In this document: piece after piece, positions 62,817 through 64,000 of the stretch
Layout of the letters: each line of letters starts with the position of its first letter
How positions within the stretch are numbered: the stretch's first letter is position 1
Assembly: GCF_006345805.1 (NCBI RefSeq)
Contig: NC_043007.1
Coordinates: 59,086,001 to 59,150,000 of the forward strand
From: Octopus sinensis
Taxonomy: Eukaryota
Direction of reading: 5' to 3'
DNA length: 64,000 nucleotides
Notes under the pieces: generated by a model
Databases searched by the model: none
The model's input: only the letters and a program-made list of their open reading frames with translations
Told to the model about the DNA's origin: nothing
Program-made: the position numbers and the translations under genes

Positions 62817-64000
62817 TTTTCCCTTGAACTTCGTATGAGTACGTTTTGCTGTTTTCAATATTATCAATTTTATGAGTGTGTGTGTGTATTTCTGCGTTCG
62901 TTACGTCTATAGTGAACTATAGTAAAGAACATTTTACGCTGTTTTAATGAAATCACATCTAATGAAGTAGCCATCCTTATGGTTGGGGATCCCCATGAAA
63001 ATCATGATATTCTCATTCGTGTTTGACATAACAACCTTAAACGTGTTTCACAGACTCATTCCTCTTATGATGCTCTCCAGTATAATCTTATTCTGTGGAA
63101 TGGACAAGATGGGTATCATTCCAATGTTCTACGGATTGAACCTGCAATAAGATATTCAATTACAAACAAAAAGGTGTCGTCAAATGACTTCTAATCTTAC
63201 CAACTGATGTTAAAACCAGAACAATCAAATCAATTTATTTTCATTTACATATTTATTTTCATTTACATATTTTCTACGTTATCTCAGTAACCAGTTATAG
63301 TTATTTCAAATACACTTCTCTACAACGACTAGGTTTCATTAGAAAATAGTTTCACACTTTCAATTTGAGCCAAAATTACAAAGTGTTGAGAGAAAGAGAG
63401 CGAGTGAGTGCCAATTATACGTACAAAAAAATTCATACCTCACAACACACACCTTCACTTACTCTTTCTTTCTTTCTCTCACTCCATTTCATATACACGT
63501 ACATACTACACTTTCTCCCCTCTTTTACGTTCTCCTCTCACTTCAAAGCAAATGTTGCCTTTTCACTTTATCCTCTCTTTCAATTTCTGCTCTCTTCAAA
63601 GCATACAGAAATCAAGCAATTTTATGGAAATTAACGAACAATCTATTGATCCCATATATATCGAGTTGACAACTTTGCTTCTTCAAACGAATGAATGCCA
63701 TAAAATAACCTCCTTTGACACATGCACACATACACACACTCTAGGTGATGAGCATGTTTAAAAACCTAATCTTCGACATAAACTTAAACGGAAGTTTTCT
63801 TAGAAACCCTGTCCTTTATCTCTTCTTTCTAGCATGTTCGACCTGACATTTCCGCCCCCCACCTTATTTTGCGATACAGGAGATTACGATTTCACCAACA
63901 AAATACGTTCTCAATATTTTAATTTTCTCCCTCTCCACACCAAATTCATTTCTTACTTTTTTCAAATTTTTATTCTTGGAGAAAAAACAGAGAGTACGGA

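Overview
AT-rich, microsatellite- and retroelement-dense animal genomic DNA. The repeat families and gene structure look like a coleoid cephalopod, probably Octopus (inferred, not proven). One complete host gene can be assembled by hand on the minus strand: CFAP36/CCDC104 (BARTL1), 8 coding exons from 41565 to 13316, 1101 nt, 366 aa, all GT-AG junctions in frame. A second minus-strand coding block (60345-58995, long disordered first-exon-like ORF) sits in a 2.3-kb segment that splits a hAT-like DNA transposon. The rest is a transposon mosaic: four Penelope-like (GIY-YIG) fragments, a near-complete DD34D mariner, R4/Dong-like and RTE LINE fragments, two Tigger/pogo relics, a tandemly duplicated Gypsy integrase fragment, a non-autonomous Helitron, a Helentron-like element, hAT MITEs and many SINEs. 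Main hidden signals: (1) at least six distinct families of minimal type I hammerhead ribozymes, including a G3:C8 compensatory-swap core and a U6 core in a retrozyme-like direct repeat; (2) the transposon-embedded exon; (3) a CpG-decay boundary inside CFAP36 intron 1. All folds and alignments were done by eye; no searches were run.
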